A stretch of 64,000 nt of DNA from Haliotis rubra (taxonomy: Eukaryota). The stretch is from contig NW_025767109.1 of the NCBI RefSeq assembly GCF_003918875.1, positions 310,001 to 374,000 on the forward strand, given 5' to 3'. A program made the translations under genes and the position numbers. The notes under the pieces were generated by a model. The model made no database searches. It was given only the letters and a program-made list of their open reading frames with translations, and had not been told where the DNA came from. Numbering within the stretch: position 1 is the stretch's first letter; every line of letters starts with the position of its first letter. Shown in pieces: positions 62,281 through 64,000 of this stretch.

Positions 62281-63342
62281 CAGAATATCATCACCATCAG
62301 CACGATGACATAAACACAGAGGAACAATTAGCCTATCAAACATAGAAGGTTTTGTTAAATTCGCATCTCATTTCTTCATTCGAAGTTTTCGTTACCAAGA
62401 AAACGAGTTATTGATCCGGTTGTGTTATTGCAGTAAACTGTCCGTGTGTTACGTGCTTCGCCACAGAACATTTCTGAAAATGTTTATTATGATGAATTCA
62501 ATCCAGCAAAAAGTCAAAGCAATTATTGAACACTAAAATAGCCATTTCTCCGACAAAAGACTTCCCTGTTAAGCGAAATGTTGTAAAAACTGACTTGAGG
62601 AAATTCATACAGGAGTACACATTGCAGTGTTGACCGAGGGGTTAATGCACAAAATAGCATAACAAAGAAATCATCGTTAATCGAGAATAACAACACAACT
62701 GAAGAACTGGAACTTTCCGAGATAAACTGAAATTCAAAATCACCACTTTTTCCTCAGAGATTGTATCCATGTGATTACCCCATCAGCTCTGCTCACGAAC
62801 CAAGAATGTGAACGTTTCTGTGTAATTTTATACACATTGTGCAAATGAAGATGTTCATTGTTTTCACGGGTTTTTAGGAATCACGATACTGTTAACAGCT
62901 CTATCACATTATCGAAATAAATATTTCAAATGACACGTTCTGATGATAAATGAATGCTTTGGGAGAAAGTCTTCCTGGAAGAACGTGCTGGAAAACTTGT
63001 GTTATTGGAATAGGTTAATATCGTTTAGATGGATTAATTGTTAATCTGTGTCTCTGCCAATCCTCAGGATGTGCACTTAAGCCGCGTTCAAGATTAAAGT
63101 GATGTGGTCTGTGTGTGTGTCTGGGTAACAGGAATTACATAGTGTGAACTGTATCATTCGACTAGGGGATCGAGCCACCATCAGAAAAAGAGGTATTTTG
63201 GTAGCAGATGAATTATTGATTGTATTTCTATTAGAACTATCCATGGCTTGTGCAATAAACTTATGAGTTGTTCTTCTAGTAACACTGGCATTCCTGACAC
63301 ACATCTATGGTTTTTGTGGAATGGGTTTATTAATAGTCTTTG

Positions 63343-63406
<64 letters not shown>

Positions 63407-63613
63407 TATGAAGGGGGCGGTGGGGTAGCCTAGTGGGTAAAGCGTTGGCTCATCACGCCGAAGACCCGGGTTCGAATCCCCACTTGGGTACATTGTGTGA
63501 AGCCCATTTCTGGTGTCCCCCGCCGTGATGTTGCTGGAATATTGCTAAAAGCGGCGTAAAACCAAACTCAGTCAGTCAGTCAGTATATGAAGGGGTTTAT
63601 TGGTTGTATTTGG

Positions 63614-63662
<49 letters not shown>

Positions 63663-63716
63663 GAGTAGTAGTAGTAGTAGTAGTAGTAGGAGTAGTAGGA
63701 GTAGTAGTAGTAGTAT
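63343..63716. repeat. (GTA)n microsatellites flanking a SINE
   Basis: Tracts at 63343-63406 and 63614-63716. Confidence 0.92.
63413..63583 (+). mobile_element. SINE family 1, full length
   Basis: A and B boxes, (CAGT)n tail, TSD AGTATATGAAGGGG (overlaps the G-rich 5' end). Confidence 0.92.
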
Positions 63717-64000
63717 ATGGGGAATGTTTCAGTGGTAGGTGTACCTCTCACCAGTGGCCTCTAGGCGAATATACAATAGAACGCTCACAAAAACAATGTA
63801 AAAATACAGGGATGGTTCCACCCCGTCGACAATGATCACAGAAGGTAGTGGAACCCCTTAGAAGTACATCCAATCAGGTATACCTCAATTAGTCCAGCTT
63901 CTGACAGATGATGTTCACAAATCACTCTTCACGGTCTGGTCAGGATTATAGCCTCACTGCCTCGCATCTGTCGATAACCTTGCAGTACCGACGACCAGTA

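Overview
AT-rich, intron-containing animal DNA, most likely a mollusc; the SINE families resemble abalone-type gastropod repeats (inference). 1.7-13.2 kb holds the last nine coding exons (~514 aa, TMD2 end plus NBD2) of an ABCC5/MRP5-like ABC transporter on the + strand. All splice phases are consistent and there is one N-gap in an intron. The rest is non-coding and transposon-rich: three SINE families, many MITEs (Tc1/pogo, PIF/Harbinger, Academ, EnSpm-like, Crypton-like hairpin elements), a near-intact Tc1 (DD34E), a 5'-truncated L1/Tx1 copy with TSD, a full-length degenerate PAT/Ngaro-type tyrosine-recombinase retrotransposon with split direct repeats, a Fot-like pogo (DD35D + PHD) pseudogene, and a decayed Maverick/Polinton endogenous virus (pPolB N-terminus, two conserved small ORFs, protease, major capsid, core-like ORF, minor capsid tail). 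Most interesting signals: (1) a head-less SINE family whose copies start at the same base with a covarying pseudoknot, a candidate ribozyme-like RNA; (2) a tRNA-like Pol III unit ~21-30 bp from the YR-retrotransposon junction; (3) an in-frame Tc1-HTH/minor-capsid chimera behind a Tc1 TATA promoter; (4) a dense MEF2/AP-1/NF-kB/YY1/TATA promoter beside the viral remnant. All family assignments come from motif recognition; no database searches were run.
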